From the human T2T-CHM13v2.0 reference genome, Homo sapiens, in the NCBI RefSeq assembly GCF_009914755.1, contig NC_060927.1: 64,000 nt of DNA; one strand, 5' to 3'. Position numbers and translations under genes: made by a program. The notes below the pieces were generated by a model, which did no database searches, was not told where the DNA came from, and saw only the letters and a program-made list of their open reading frames with translations. How positions within the stretch are numbered: the first letter of the stretch is position 1; the number at the start of each line of letters is the position of its first letter. Shown here in pieces: positions 63,489 through 64,000 of the stretch.

Positions 63489-64000
63489 CAAAATTTGATT
63501 TTTAAGAAATTATAAAAAGTCTATTAGGTAATTCCCAAGATCACCAGGAGGGTAGAGATCGAGGTTTGGGGTCCATGAAGACAGTGACAAGGCCTAAACC
63601 CACCAACTAGAACTAGTCCAGTGAAGATGCTATGCCTCTGCCACCCACTCCAGACATTACAGCCTGCACCATCATTAACCCAGGACACTGCCACCCTGAG
63701 CCATGCCACCGAGCCTTGGGCATCAACATGCCTCTTCCATTGTCGCCGCTTCTGTTGGATTCTGTGCAGCGGCTGCTCCTTCTGTTGTGGCTTGAGACCA
63801 AGTCTGGGGAGGGTGCTTTTCATTGACCAACCCTAGGTCACAATCCTACCTGTGTGTGAGGGCTGGGAGAGACGATGTAGCTTCCTGTTTTGAAAGTGGC
63901 AGGCTGACTCTGCTGTCTAAGTGGAGGATTCCCCAGGTATTCAGGGTGTTCAAAAGCAGGACGATTGTATTAGTTTACTAGAGCTGACATAACAAAATAC

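Overview
This is primate (almost certainly human) genomic DNA containing the 5' end of ACAP2 (Arf-GAP with coiled-coil, ankyrin repeat and PH domains 2, also called centaurin-beta2) on the minus strand. Coding exon 1 (50734-50682, MKMTVDFEECLKDSPRF) sits in a CpG-island promoter. A ~50.6 kb phase-2 first intron follows, and exon 2 begins at position 37 (R-AALEEVEGDVAE) and runs off the window edge. The rest is dense in repeats: dozens of Alus, old L1M and L2 pieces, MaLR LTRs, hAT, Tigger and mariner fossils, a Y1 RNA pseudogene and a 35-nt U2 fragment. About 13 kb of upstream intergenic DNA follows the promoter. None of the supplied ORFs looks like a real gene; they are Alu, L1 or GC-rich shadows. 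I found no convincing new biological system. The best leads are a 14-codon uORF plus a hairpin in the ACAP2 5' leader, an ETS/CLEAR-type E-box in the promoter, and an orientation-biased Alu block next to the exon 2 acceptor that could favour back-splicing. There is also a cluster of old local templated duplications and inversions at 34-40 kb, including an inverted Tigger3 pair. Repeat subfamily names come from recalled consensus sequences and their boundaries are approximate.
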